Shown: positions 18,695-28,135 of the stretch, piece by piece
Position numbering within the stretch: the first letter of the stretch is position 1
Layout of the letters: each line of letters starts with the position of its first letter
Assembly (NCBI GenBank): GCA_001189165.1
Contig: LFCO01000003.1
Location: 190,984 to 254,983, forward strand
DNA: 64,000 nt
Direction: 5' to 3'
Source of the DNA: Parcubacteria bacterium C7867-005
GTDB taxonomy: Bacteria; Patescibacteriota; Minisyncoccia; Phycocordibacterales; Zambryskibacteraceae
Position numbers and translations under genes: made by a program
The notes under the pieces: generated by a model
Databases searched by the model: none
Told to the model about the DNA's origin: nothing
What the model saw: the letters and a program-made list of their open reading frames with translations, nothing else

Positions 18695-20659
18695 ATGTCG
18701 AAGCCTAATCTCCCAGGTAAAGATTCCAAAAAGAACGGCAAGAAACTTTTCAAGGTTGTTATTAAAGAAGTCAAAGGCAAGAACCCGCTTGGAGGTATAG
18801 GTGGCGGTTTTTTGAACCAGGGCGTACTTTCGATTTTGATTTTCTTCTTGCTTATAACTTCATATTCGTATCTATCTGGTAATGCTGATAAAAAGGAATC
18901 TATCTCGCTCTCTGTTCTCTCACAGAATGTAAGTGCAGAACTCGTCACCTCTATCACTGTAAAGGGAGATGAACTCGAAGCTCTCTACAAAGATGGTTCA
19001 GTGAAAACTTCAAAGAAAGAAGAGGGCACTGCGCTCACTACTACGTTCAGCAACTACGAAGTGTCCAAAGAGGCTCTGTCTAAAGTAGAGATAGAAGTCA
19101 AAAATGACAGAGGTTTTATGTATTGGATACTTTCACTTGCACCAATACTCTTGCCGATCGCTTTTATAGTTTTCTTTATTTGGTTCCTTTCTAGGCAGAT
19201 GAAGGGTGCAGGTATGCAAGCGATGTCCTTTGGACAATCCAAGGCACGTATGACCTTGCCCGACGACAAGACAAACCTGGTGACATTCAAAGACGTGGCC
19301 GGTGCAAAGGAAGCCAAAGAAGAATTGTCAGAGATCGTGGATTTCTTGAAAAATCCTAAAAAGTTTTTGGACATAGGTGCACGCATACCTAAAGGAATAC
19401 TCCTCATGGGAGCACCTGGTACTGGTAAGACATTACTCGCACGTGCTGTTGCCGGAGAGGCTGGTGTAGCTTTCTTTTCTATCTCCGGATCAGAATTCGT
19501 AGAGATGTTCGTCGGTGTTGGTGCTTCTCGTGTAAGAGATTTATTTGATATAGCCAAGAAATCTTCTCCAGCGATTATTTTCGTGGATGAGATAGATGCG
19601 GTAGGTCGTGTTCGAGGAACGGGGGTCGGGGGAGGGAACGATGAGCGCGAACAGACTTTGAACCAGATTTTGGTAGAGATGGATGGGTTCGAGCCAAACG
19701 AGAAAGTGATAGTGATGGCAGCGACGAACAGGCCGGACGTACTCGACCCAGCGCTCTTGCGCCCAGGCCGTTTTGACAGACGAGTGACACTCGATCTTCC
19801 GGACCGCGCAGATCGTGAAGAGATTTTGAAAATACATGCACGCAAGAAACCATTTGCAGAAGATGTGCACCTCCCACTCATCGCAGAACGTACGCCCGGA
19901 TTTTCTGGCGCTGATCTGTATTCACTCATGAACGAAGCGGCGATTCTCGCCGCGAGAGAAGACAGAACCAAAGTCGGTCAGTTCGATCTTATCCGTTCTA
20001 TAGAGAAGGTGATGCTCGGACCAGAACGTCGTTCGCATATACTTTCTAAGACAGAAAAAGAATTAACCGCATATCACGAAGCTGGTCATGCTGTACTCGC
20101 ATCAGTGCTCCCATACGCAGATCCTGTCCACAAAATCTCTATCATTTCTCGAGGTAGGGCTGCTGGTTATGTCCTCAAACTTCCACTCGAAGATAGAAAG
20201 CTTCAATCCAAAAAGGAATTCATAGATGACATCACTGTCGCTCTCGGTGGATATGTAGTAGAGAAGATGGTTTATGGAGATTTGACCACTGGTCCATCCA
20301 ATGACTTGCAGGTTTCTACTGCACTCGCGAGAGACATGGTCACTAAATATGGGATGAGTGAAAAGCTTGGACCAATCGCCCTCGAATCCGCAGGCGGACG
20401 AGTTATCTATGGTGCTGGGGTTGAAGACAAAGGGTATTCAGAGAGAGTGAGTGCAGAGATCGACGCAGAGGTGTCGAAGATCATGAGCGAAGCGATGAAG
20501 AATGCGGAGAAGATTATCAAAGAGCACAAAAAACTTTTGGAAGTGATCGCTAAACGTCTGGTTGAAAAGGAATCAATAGAACAAAAAGAATTCGAAGAGA
20601 TACTCATAGCAAATGGTATCACTCCGAAAAAGAAAAAAGACATCGAGCATCAAATATAA
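18695..20659 (+). CDS. ftsH: ATP-dependent zinc metalloprotease FtsH (start moved to ATG 18695)
   Basis: Two TM segments, [24 protein letters not shown]. Confidence 0.97.
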   Translation: MSKPNLPGKDSKKNGKKLFKVVIKEVKGKNPLGGIGGGFLNQGVLSILIFFLLITSYSYLSGNADKKESISLSVLSQNVSAELVTSITVKGDELEALYKDGSVKTSKKEEGTALTTTFSNYEVSKEALSKVEIEVKNDRGFMYWILSLAPILLPIAFIVFFIWFLSRQMKGAGMQAMSFGQSKARMTLPDDKTNLVTFKDVAGAKEAKEELSEIVDFLKNPKKFLDIGARIPKGILLMGAPGTGKTLLARAVAGEAGVAFFSISGSEFVEMFVGVGASRVRDLFDIAKKSSPAIIFVDEIDAVGRVRGTGVGGGNDEREQTLNQILVEMDGFEPNEKVIVMAATNRPDVLDPALLRPGRFDRRVTLDLPDRADREEILKIHARKKPFAEDVHLPLIAERTPGFSGADLYSLMNEAAILAAREDRTKVGQFDLIRSIEKVMLGPERRSHILSKTEKELTAYHEAGHAVLASVLPYADPVHKISIISRGRAAGYVLKLPLEDRKLQSKKEFIDDITVALGGYVVEKMVYGDLTTGPSNDLQVSTALARDMVTKYGMSEKLGPIALESAGGRVIYGAGVEDKGYSERVSAEIDAEVSKIMSEAMKNAEKIIKEHKKLLEVIAKRLVEKESIEQKEFEEILIANGITPKKKKDIEHQI

Positions 20660-20665
20660 ATAAGG

Positions 20666-20689
20666 TCCCCCGAGCGTTAGCTCGGGGGA
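20666..20689. terminator. Hairpin between ftsH and a convergent orphan
   Basis: tcccccgagc-gtta-gctcggggga. Confidence 0.7.
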
Positions 20690-21108
20690 TTTGATACCAC
20701 GTAGTGGTCGAAGATATCCTCGCCCACTCGGGCGAGGAACCATGGTCGGCGATTCGTCCGGCAGTCGTGAAGGTCGATGAATCCGGGTTGATCCGCGATC
20801 CTCCGCCACCACTGATCCTTCTTACCGACACGCACGAAGGCTCTCATGGCACCGTGGAAGTCGCTCCACTCGCTGAACTTGTACCAAGTCTGCATGTCTG
20901 TCGCCACAGAGATGAGCACGATGATCCGTGCCTTACCCTCTGGGGGACAACTCACTCTGACAAGCTCGACGAGCTCTCCGCCCCCATGACGGTAGGAGAA
21001 GATCATCTGTGGCCTGAAGCGCAGGTTCCCGGTCTTCTGCCCTCCATCGGTCAGATGGCTGACCGTTTCCACCGCCTGGACAGCCGACGTTTCCATGGTT
21101 TGGGGCAT
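20677..21108 (-). CDS. Hypothetical protein (GC-rich orphan downstream of tRNA-Ile)
   Basis: 143-aa ORF; stop lies within a hairpin. Confidence 0.6.
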   Translation of the reverse strand: MPQTMETSAVQAVETVSHLTDGGQKTGNLRFRPQMIFSYRHGGGELVELVRVSCPPEGKARIIVLISVATDMQTWYKFSEWSDFHGAMRAFVRVGKKDQWWRRIADQPGFIDLHDCRTNRRPWFLARVGEDIFDHYVVSNPPS

Positions 21109-21196
21109 GTGGGTCTCGGTTCGAGTGGGTACATCTCTCCTCTGAACCTATCAAAAACAGGTATACATGTCCACTTCCAACCATCCACAATACGTG

Positions 21197-21270
21197 TCCA
21201 CCCTCTTGGATTCGAACCAAGGACCCCCGAGGTATAAGCTCGATGCTCTAACCAACTGAGCTAAGGGTGG
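21197..21270 (-). tRNA. tRNA-Ile(UAU)
   Basis: Cloverleaf CCACCCT/AGGGTGG; anticodon arm TCGAG-CT TAT AC-CTCGG; T-loop TTCGAAT; A73. Confidence 0.9.
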
Positions 21271-21299
21271 AGATAGAGATACTATAACAAACCAGAGCT

Positions 21300-23456
21300 T
21301 TATTCAAAATGGATTTTTTGGCCCTTGGTTTCTATGTAGAGTTTTAGGTTTGGATGTTTGGAGAGTTTTGGGTCGGACTCTATGATTTTGGTCGCTTCTG
21401 TGCGGGCAGCTTCGACCATTTTGATATTCTTGATCGCTTCCATTGCGAGGTCGGAGATACCCCATTGTTTACGTCCATACAGTTCGCCACCACCACGCTG
21501 TTTCAAATCGAACTCTGCAAGTTCGAATCCGTTTTTGGCGGTTTTCAACGCCCTTAATCTTTCAAGAGTTTTATCTGTTTTTGTTTCTGCAAAGACGAAG
21601 CAGTATGGTTGATGTGTGCCTCGGAGCACTCGACCACGGAGTTGGTGTAGTTGGGCGAGCCCGAATCTCTCTGCACCTTCGATGATGATGAGCGAAGCAT
21701 TCTCCACATTCACTCCAACCTCGACAACAGATGTGGCCACGAGGATGTCGAGTTTCTTATCTTTGAATTCGAGCATGATTTTTTCTTTCTCTGATGGTTT
21801 CATTTTCGAATGTAAAATCCCTATCTCGTATTCAGGGAAGATTTTTTTCTTTACTCTCTTAGCCTCTTCTTTGACTGACTTGGCGAGGATAGCCGTCTCT
21901 TTATCTGGATCTGGTTCGTCTATGCGTGGACAGATGATGTAGAGTTGCCTACCGGCCTCCAATTCTTTTCTGATTTGTTCGTAAGTATTTTTTCTTTGTC
22001 CTGGTAAAACTATCTCGGTGATTATTTGTTTCCTGCCCTCGGGCATTTGGTCGAGGAGTGAGAGGTCGAGGTCGCCGTATAGTGTGAGTGCGAGTGTGCG
22101 GGGGATCGGGGTGGCGGTCATAGATAGTAGATGTGGTACGAGCGCGTCTTTTTGTACTAGCTTTTGTCTTTGGGCTGTGCCGAATCTGTGCTGTTCGTCT
22201 ATGATGGCAAAGGCGAGGTGTTTGAACTTCACTGATTTTTGGATGAGTGCGTGAGTGCCGATGAGGATAGAGATCTCTCCGCTCGCGACCCATTTGAGTA
22301 GTTGCGTGCGAGATATGTCTGTCCACCCATCTGGATTTACTTTGGAGGGGAACTTACGACAACCGCTCCCGGTGATGAGCGCGATGTTGATCGGCATGTG
22401 TTTAAAATATTTGATGAAGGATTCAAAATGTTGTTGGGCGAGGATTTCTGTGGGGACCATGTAGGCGGTTTGGAGTGTCCCAAAGTTTTGACCTTTCGGA
22501 CGAGAAGTGGTCGCCGCATAAGCCGTCGCTGCCGCGACGGCGGTTTTGCCAGAGCCTACGTCTCCTTCAAGCAGACGGGCCATCGGGTGACCTCGACGAA
22601 AATCTGTGAGGATGTCTTCGATAGTTTTTTTCTGTCCCTCGGTAGCTTTGAAAGGGAAACGGTCGATGAATTTGTTTATATCTTCAATGCTTTTGTCTAT
22701 GACGAAAGCATTGCTTTCTTTGAATTCGTATTTGGTTTTTTGTTTGTCTAGCTGGATGAAGAATATTTCTTCGAAGGCGAATCTTTTCCTCGCCGCTTCT
22801 GCATCAGATTCTTTTTGGGGTGTGTGTATCCAGACGAGAGCCGTACGGAGAGTGGGGAGGTTGTATTTGTCTCTGATTTCCTTGGGTATCGGATCCTCGA
22901 TCGTATCTAAAATTTTGGAAGAAAAGATAGTTTGAATTTTATGAAATATCCAATTCGAACTTACACCTCTTGTCTCTGGATAAACTGGATACAGGGTATG
23001 AACATCACTTCCTTCACCAAATAGTGAATCACCTACTCCGATGGGGAGTTTGGTCACCGGCTCTATCTTGGGGTTAGAGAAATACAGGTCACCTTTGCGG
23101 TCACTCACCTTACCCTCGACACGGACAAACGATCCTTCGACGAGCATCTTGGCCAAGTACGCTTGGTGGAACCAGACGATTTTCATCCGGCCCGTCTCAT
23201 CCTCTACGAATCCTTCGGACATGGGGATTTTGGATCTGTATCCCTTAGAAGTTTTTAGCCCGGAGATTTGTCCAAAGACTACTGCCTGGTCACCCTTGGA
23301 TAAGGTGCTGATGTGGGTGACTTTAGCCGTGTCTCCGTACCTCGTGGGGAAGTAGTAGAGCAGGTCCTCTATAGTATCCACGCCTATTTTCTTCAGCGCC
23401 ACGGCCTGTGCGGGTAGTATCCGGAAGGTGTCAGTCAGTCGGTCGGAGAGGTTCAT
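21300..23456 (-). CDS. recG: ATP-dependent DNA helicase RecG
   Basis: RLLEGDVGSGKT, IIDEQHRFG, MTATPIPRT, LHQLRGRV. Confidence 0.97.
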   Translation of the reverse strand: MNLSDRLTDTFRILPAQAVALKKIGVDTIEDLLYYFPTRYGDTAKVTHISTLSKGDQAVVFGQISGLKTSKGYRSKIPMSEGFVEDETGRMKIVWFHQAYLAKMLVEGSFVRVEGKVSDRKGDLYFSNPKIEPVTKLPIGVGDSLFGEGSDVHTLYPVYPETRGVSSNWIFHKIQTIFSSKILDTIEDPIPKEIRDKYNLPTLRTALVWIHTPQKESDAEAARKRFAFEEIFFIQLDKQKTKYEFKESNAFVIDKSIEDINKFIDRFPFKATEGQKKTIEDILTDFRRGHPMARLLEGDVGSGKTAVAAATAYAATTSRPKGQNFGTLQTAYMVPTEILAQQHFESFIKYFKHMPINIALITGSGCRKFPSKVNPDGWTDISRTQLLKWVASGEISILIGTHALIQKSVKFKHLAFAIIDEQHRFGTAQRQKLVQKDALVPHLLSMTATPIPRTLALTLYGDLDLSLLDQMPEGRKQIITEIVLPGQRKNTYEQIRKELEAGRQLYIICPRIDEPDPDKETAILAKSVKEEAKRVKKKIFPEYEIGILHSKMKPSEKEKIMLEFKDKKLDILVATSVVEVGVNVENASLIIIEGAERFGLAQLHQLRGRVLRGTHQPYCFVFAETKTDKTLERLRALKTAKNGFELAEFDLKQRGGGELYGRKQWGISDLAMEAIKNIKMVEAARTEATKIIESDPKLSKHPNLKLYIETKGQKIHFE

Positions 23457-23470
23457 TTACCCATTATATC

Positions 23471-24556
23471 CTAGAGGAACCTGAGTACGTCTTGTTCGGT
23501 CAGGTTTCTCCTCGTTGTTTCTTCTTTGGTTTTCTGTTTGTCCCATGGATAGTTTTCAAAATAGCTCGAGTGGTGGAGGTGTGACCTCAGTATGCTGAGC
23601 GAGACTATAACTTCACCGAGCTTTCTGTTTCCTTTTTTCTGATAGTATTCGATCAGTATTTTTTCTAGGGCCCTTTGATAAGTCTTACTTTTCCACGCTC
23701 TGGAGTGTAGGTTTCCAAAGTCAAAAACCATCGCGATCGCTTTGTTTGGATAGACGCCAACCCACTCGAGGTCGAGTAACTCTACATCACCAGAGTCAAA
23801 GACATACAGATTATTCGGAGCCATGTCTCCGTGGTACAGGCATGAACCCTTGTTCTCTTTGGTGTTTATGTATCCTGCGGATGATTTGAAAAGTTGGTTT
23901 ATTTTGTTTTTGATATCTGTGATCCCGAGTCTCTTCTCGATGATCTTATAGAACGCTTCTTTCCTTTTATTCTTGGCATCTAGGGGTAGAACCTTTTTAT
24001 TTAAATCTCTGATCAGGTGTTTTCTAAAATTATCCAGGTCAAATTTTTTCTTGACCAATATCTTTTTGAGTTTTTGTGGTAGCTGTCCAAACTGGATCTC
24101 GTGTATTTTGAGTAGCTCGCGCATGGTTGCCTCCGCCTCCTTTTCTCCGAGCAATTCTGCGCCATCGTTCCCCTCTATGAATCCAATCTTTGAATGATCA
24201 GTGGGGAAGGTTTCCATGATGACGAACGGCACCCCCTTCTTTGGATCAGCGTTGGATTCGATGATTCCTCGGGTGCTGATCACTTTGTTTTGTTTTACAT
24301 ATTTGGCGAATTCTATTTGTCGTTCGAATGGGAGGAGTAGTTTCTTGGTATTGTTCACAGGGATTTTGATGAAGCGGTCGACTACTTCACTACCTTCTTT
24401 TCTACGGCAGACCATGAAGAAATATCTGCGTCCGTTTGATATCCGTTTTTCTATAATTTCCTTTTCCTTTTCTCCTAAGACAAAATCGTTATCCAAGAGA
24501 ACTTTGTAGACTCTTTTTCTGTATTTATCTTTTTGTGTTTTGGTCAGCTCGCTCAT
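23471..24556 (-). CDS. Aminoglycoside phosphotransferase/choline kinase-like protein
   Basis: FIK, HGDMAPNN, LLDLEW kinase motifs. Confidence 0.7.
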   Translation of the reverse strand: MSELTKTQKDKYRKRVYKVLLDNDFVLGEKEKEIIEKRISNGRRYFFMVCRRKEGSEVVDRFIKIPVNNTKKLLLPFERQIEFAKYVKQNKVISTRGIIESNADPKKGVPFVIMETFPTDHSKIGFIEGNDGAELLGEKEAEATMRELLKIHEIQFGQLPQKLKKILVKKKFDLDNFRKHLIRDLNKKVLPLDAKNKRKEAFYKIIEKRLGITDIKNKINQLFKSSAGYINTKENKGSCLYHGDMAPNNLYVFDSGDVELLDLEWVGVYPNKAIAMVFDFGNLHSRAWKSKTYQRALEKILIEYYQKKGNRKLGEVIVSLSILRSHLHHSSYFENYPWDKQKTKEETTRRNLTEQDVLRFL

Positions 24557-24602
24557 GGCTCTAGTATACCCTGTGGTTCTGTGGCTGTACCTCGGTATTT
24601 GG

Positions 24603-25076
24603 TCAGATAATTTTTATTTCTTGTCCCAAGACAACATCTCCTTCACCGAATTTGAATCGTGCCTCTAGTAGTTTTCCTTCAAGTGTTTTAGGTAACCAAA
24701 ATATGTCATCGGGCCACATCTCGCTGAAGGGGATTGCACCTACTTTAAACCATTCGGGGCGCATCTCCTCGCTTTCTGTTGGTTCACCGGACCACTCCTC
24801 TGCAAAATAGACATGCACTACCTGGTCCCATGATGAGTTGTGGGGAAATATAAATTCTAGTTTGGCCACCTTGGATATTTTATCTAGGGTGACACCTATT
24901 TCTTCATCTGCTTCTCTTTTGGCCGCCTCTTCTATAGATTCACCTTCGGTCACCTTGCCACCCACCCCATTCCATCTATTCACACCAAAACCTCTTTTCT
25001 TCATCGCAAGACAGATATCTTCTATCCTCTGGGCCTCGTTTCTTTTTATCAGGAATACTAGAGTTGCGTCTCGCAT
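24603..25076 (-). CDS. NUDIX hydrolase (8-oxo-dGTP diphosphatase, MTH1-like)
   Basis: KKRGFG...WNGVGGKV..GESIEEAAKREADEEIG, MWPDD.FWLP. Confidence 0.88.
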   Translation of the reverse strand: MRDATLVFLIKRNEAQRIEDICLAMKKRGFGVNRWNGVGGKVTEGESIEEAAKREADEEIGVTLDKISKVAKLEFIFPHNSSWDQVVHVYFAEEWSGEPTESEEMRPEWFKVGAIPFSEMWPDDIFWLPKTLEGKLLEARFKFGEGDVVLGQEIKII

Positions 25077-25089
25077 ATTAGTAGTTTGT

Positions 25090-25383
25090 TTACCTAAATA
25101 AAGTGAGACCGAAGATGAGGGTGATGAATGCGAAGGTGCCGAGAGTCTTCAAGAAGAAGGTCACAGCTTCTTGCTTCCTGTTGTCGATGAAGAGTTGTAG
25201 TGGCTCGAAGACGAAGAGATAGAACATCACTCCAGCAGAGAGGGTGAAGAGTGAGATCATGGTGACAGGTGCGAAGAATGTGTCCGGCTTGTCGCCGAGT
25301 AACCTCGTGCCATAAAACATCCCCAGACCCAGGATAGTGATGTACAAGGATGCGCACACTGCATTTATGTATGGATTTTTCAT
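25090..25383 (-). CDS. Hypothetical small membrane protein
   Basis: Three hydrophobic segments; TATAAT 6 nt before ATG. Confidence 0.75.
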   Translation of the reverse strand: MKNPYINAVCASLYITILGLGMFYGTRLLGDKPDTFFAPVTMISLFTLSAGVMFYLFVFEPLQLFIDNRKQEAVTFFLKTLGTFAFITLIFGLTLFR

Positions 25384-25516
25384 GTAGCCATTATATCAGT
25401 AGTGGGGGATGTGCAACTTATATGAAATTAGCCCGGTTTTACCAACTTGACAGAGCCACTCAAGTATGATATGATGTAAAAAGGCTTAAGTCCCACACCC
25501 CATCTGGAGGTTGGCC

Positions 25517-25753
25517 ATGAATGAATTTGTTGGCTTGCTCATCGTGAGCCTCGCCATGTGGCTCTCCGGATACGGAGCGGCCATGATGATGGGCCAGCAC
25601 GGGCGGTACGTCTCGTACAGCAAGAGGGTCGCCCGGTGGTTCGGCTCACAGGCCGTGTCGGCGACTCGCTTCATGTGGAGGCGCTATCCCACCCAGATAG
25701 TCTGGGCGACGATCGGATTCTTCCTTGCTCTTGTTCTCCTCGGGCCCCGCTGA
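25517..25753 (+). CDS. Small GC-rich membrane protein
   Basis: TTGACA promoter, GGAGG, two TM segments, hairpin 25742-25767 over the stop. Confidence 0.6.
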   Translation: MNEFVGLLIVSLAMWLSGYGAAMMMGQHGRYVSYSKRVARWFGSQAVSATRFMWRRYPTQIVWATIGFFLALVLLGPR

Positions 25754-25783
25754 AACTAGCGGGGCCCAGTTCGTATCGTATTT

Positions 25784-26692
25784 TTATATCCCAGATGTAT
25801 TTATCAATTCTATAAATCTTCCTTCAGTTTCTGGTGTTATCCCCTGAAAGAATAATGTCATACCATTATCCATTCCTGTGTCATCAATATAGTGTGTTCG
25901 CGCATAATCTAGGTGCGCTTGAGTAAACTTCTCATCGGCTTTGAATCCAAAATAGTTTTTTAGCTGCGACATTCTTTCGGCAATCTCCATGCCGGTGAAT
26001 AGATAATGGTTCAAATATGTTTGCCTCATATCATCTAGTGATAATTCTAGTTCTGAATCTTCTGGCTTGTCCGTACGATTCTCACTGTTTCTTTTCAAGA
26101 GGTCGTAATACTCTTGAGTAAATTGGACTTTAGAAAGATCGAATCCCTGTTGCAGTGTGTCTGTGGCAGTATCATAAAACCGGGTCCGGTGTCCTTTTTC
26201 ATGAGCTTCGATAATACTCATTTGCTTTGGGGTAGCCCTCTCGCCGGTCCAAGGCACAGTCCAATTTAATGGTATGGAGCTAATCGTCGGTTCGTTAGTG
26301 GTGTAATCTACTTCCGTCACACTTTCTATCTGTCTGATGTCTTCGTCTAATTCCTTTTCGATTTTTTCTCTACTGGGGCCTGAACCTTGCTTCAATCTTT
26401 CTTCTAGGTCATCCGCGCTGATTATCTTTCCTGATGTTTTTCCTTTTAATAATTTGAACTTCTCTTCTCCAGTCCATCCATCTGGTAGGTGGGGGAGCCA
26501 CTCTTCATTTCTTATTTGGTTTAAATAATTAAGCTCCTGTTCATACAGTATGTTTATAATTTGCTGTCTAATCACCGGGTGTCGTAAGCGGCTAATCAGC
26601 ACCTCAGTATCATTACCTTCAAAATTCGCCTCACCCTCGACGGGGTTAGATTCCGATCCGCTCTCAGCTGAATGTGTAGAGAAATTGTTCAT
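25784..26692 (-). CDS. Hypothetical protein with an HExxH (HEKGH) zincin-like motif (start moved to ATG 26692)
   Basis: IIEAHEKGH plus downstream EIAERM; TATTAT 6 nt before ATG. Confidence 0.7.
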   Translation of the reverse strand: MNNFSTHSAESGSESNPVEGEANFEGNDTEVLISRLRHPVIRQQIINILYEQELNYLNQIRNEEWLPHLPDGWTGEEKFKLLKGKTSGKIISADDLEERLKQGSGPSREKIEKELDEDIRQIESVTEVDYTTNEPTISSIPLNWTVPWTGERATPKQMSIIEAHEKGHRTRFYDTATDTLQQGFDLSKVQFTQEYYDLLKRNSENRTDKPEDSELELSLDDMRQTYLNHYLFTGMEIAERMSQLKNYFGFKADEKFTQAHLDYARTHYIDDTGMDNGMTLFFQGITPETEGRFIELINTSGI

Positions 26693-26712
26693 ACAGTAAT
26701 AATAACTAAAAT

Positions 26713-26818
26713 TGCGGAGAGAGCGAGATTGAACACTTGGGAAACCCACGGTTTTCCCAGTCCTTCCTCCACGGAAGAGGATGCTCCTCTCCCGACCCCA
26801 CTCCTGTTCGAATCTCGC
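26713..26818 (-). repeat. tRNA-associated structured mini-element, copy 1
   Basis: Core shared with 51250-51359; begins with an antisense copy and ends with an 18-bp direct copy of the tRNA-Ser(ACT) 3' end. Confidence 0.8.
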
Positions 26819-26830
26819 CAAACACAGATG

Positions 26831-26917
26831 CGGAGAGAGCGAGATTCGAACTCGCGGTTCCAATTAAGGAACGACGGTTTAGTAAACCGTTGATTTAAAC
26901 CACTCATCCATCTCTCC
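26831..26917 (-). tRNA. tRNA-Ser(ACU)
   Basis: GGAGAGA/TCTCTCC acceptor, long variable arm, G73; anticodon arm ACGGT-TT ACT AA-ACCGT. Confidence 0.88.
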
Positions 26918-27031
26918 AAGGATTGGCCCTAATATCCTACCAGAATTTAGGCCCAAAATAAGCCCATCCTCATTTGTGCTATCCTGTATGAGAAATTGAC
27001 CTTTCCCACACCCCACCTGCTGGAGGCCCTC

Positions 27032-27235
27032 GTGAAGTGGTTCGGCATGACAGCTATTGGTATCATCGTCTCCCTCGGTCTCATCTGGGCCAAGGTGAAG
27101 AGGGTCTTGCTTGTCGATTGGGATACCGTGTGGACGACACTCGGCGCGTGCCTCCTCATCTGCCTTGTCATCGATGGTGGGGTGTACCTGATTTATAGGG
27201 CGAGCAGGAAGCACGGCAACAGCCCGGACGCTTAG
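27032..27235 (+). CDS. Small GC-rich membrane protein (GTG start after GGAGG)
   Basis: Two TM segments; hairpin 27222-27250 plus T-run. Confidence 0.55.
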   Translation: MKWFGMTAIGIIVSLGLIWAKVKRVLLVDWDTVWTTLGACLLICLVIDGGVYLIYRASRKHGNSPDA

Positions 27236-27312
27236 CACAAGCGACCGGGCCATCTTTTTGTCTATGCGCCATTAGAAAAAAGGGTCAAAACGTGTTAGTT
27301 TGGGCAAGATAT

Positions 27313-27404
27313 GGAGACGTGTCAGAGTGGTCTAACGTACCTCTTTGCTAAAGAGGCAGGTCCCTTAAAAGGCCTCGAGGGTTCGAATCCCTCCGTCTCC
27401 GCCA
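27313..27404 (+). tRNA. tRNA-Ser(GCU)
   Basis: GGAGACG/CGTCTCC; CCTCT-TT GCT AA-AGAGG; long variable arm; encoded CCA. Confidence 0.95.
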
Positions 27405-27460
27405 GATGTCCAAGTTCGAACCGAAGCAAAATAAGGGTTTTTAGGCTAAAATAAGGCAAC

Positions 27461-28135
27461 ATGAAAATTATTAACACATATTCATTTAAAGGTGGAGAGA
27501 AATTCCTCAAGACCAAACACCCTAAAGAACTCAAGGAAGTTCAAGATGCTATCAAAGCATTGGATGCCACTCTTTGCTTAACCAAAGAGAGTAAAGAGAA
27601 AACTAAAAAAGGTCAGGTTTTGTTTTCTCCTGTAGATATGAATAATTATCTGAAACTGGTCTGTCATCAGAAAGGATGGACGACAAAAGCCGAGGAAGGC
27701 AAAAAGAGAAAGTTTGTAGAGCCACGTCACGCTTTTGGCAAAGGACGATTTCGTGAAATGGACGGTATCAAGAATAAAGTTGGTCTTGAGATTCAATTTG
27801 GGAAATACGCCTTCATGGGTTATGACATCTTTTCAAAGATGATCATTTTCAAAAACTTAAAATACATTGAGTGTGGTATAGAGATTGTTCCAAGTAATGA
27901 ATTGGTAAAATTCATGTCCACAGGAGTCTCATCTTTCGAGCAACTTCTTGTTGATTTTGAACACAGAGGAGAAAGTAATATTGATATCCCTGTTTTTGTA
28001 ATGAGTATTGGTCTTACAGATGAGGAAAAAACAAAGTCTCAAACTTTGAGAGAACTTTTCCGTACTGACAAGAAAGAAGCGCTCACGAAAATCAAGTTGC
28101 GTAAGTATAATGGATCAGCCCCTGGCCCCAAATAA
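27461..28135 (+). CDS. BglII/BstYI-family type II restriction endonuclease
   Basis: EMDGIKNKVGLEIQFGKY (D...ExQ catalytic motif); next to an MTase. Confidence 0.8.
   Translation: MKIINTYSFKGGEKFLKTKHPKELKEVQDAIKALDATLCLTKESKEKTKKGQVLFSPVDMNNYLKLVCHQKGWTTKAEEGKKRKFVEPRHAFGKGRFREMDGIKNKVGLEIQFGKYAFMGYDIFSKMIIFKNLKYIECGIEIVPSNELVKFMSTGVSSFEQLLVDFEHRGESNIDIPVFVMSIGLTDEEKTKSQTLRELFRTDKKEALTKIKLRKYNGSAPGPK

Noticed and set aside
19054-19971. 305-aa ORF antisense to ftsH, and similar antisense ORFs over r-protein, recG, gatA and prfB genes
   Set aside because: Shadow frames of well-conserved genes with no independent motifs.
26693-26863. N-terminal extension of the 359-aa ORF in the track
   Set aside because: It runs through tRNA-Ser and the mini-element; the real start is more likely ATG 26692 with a -10 box 6 nt upstream.
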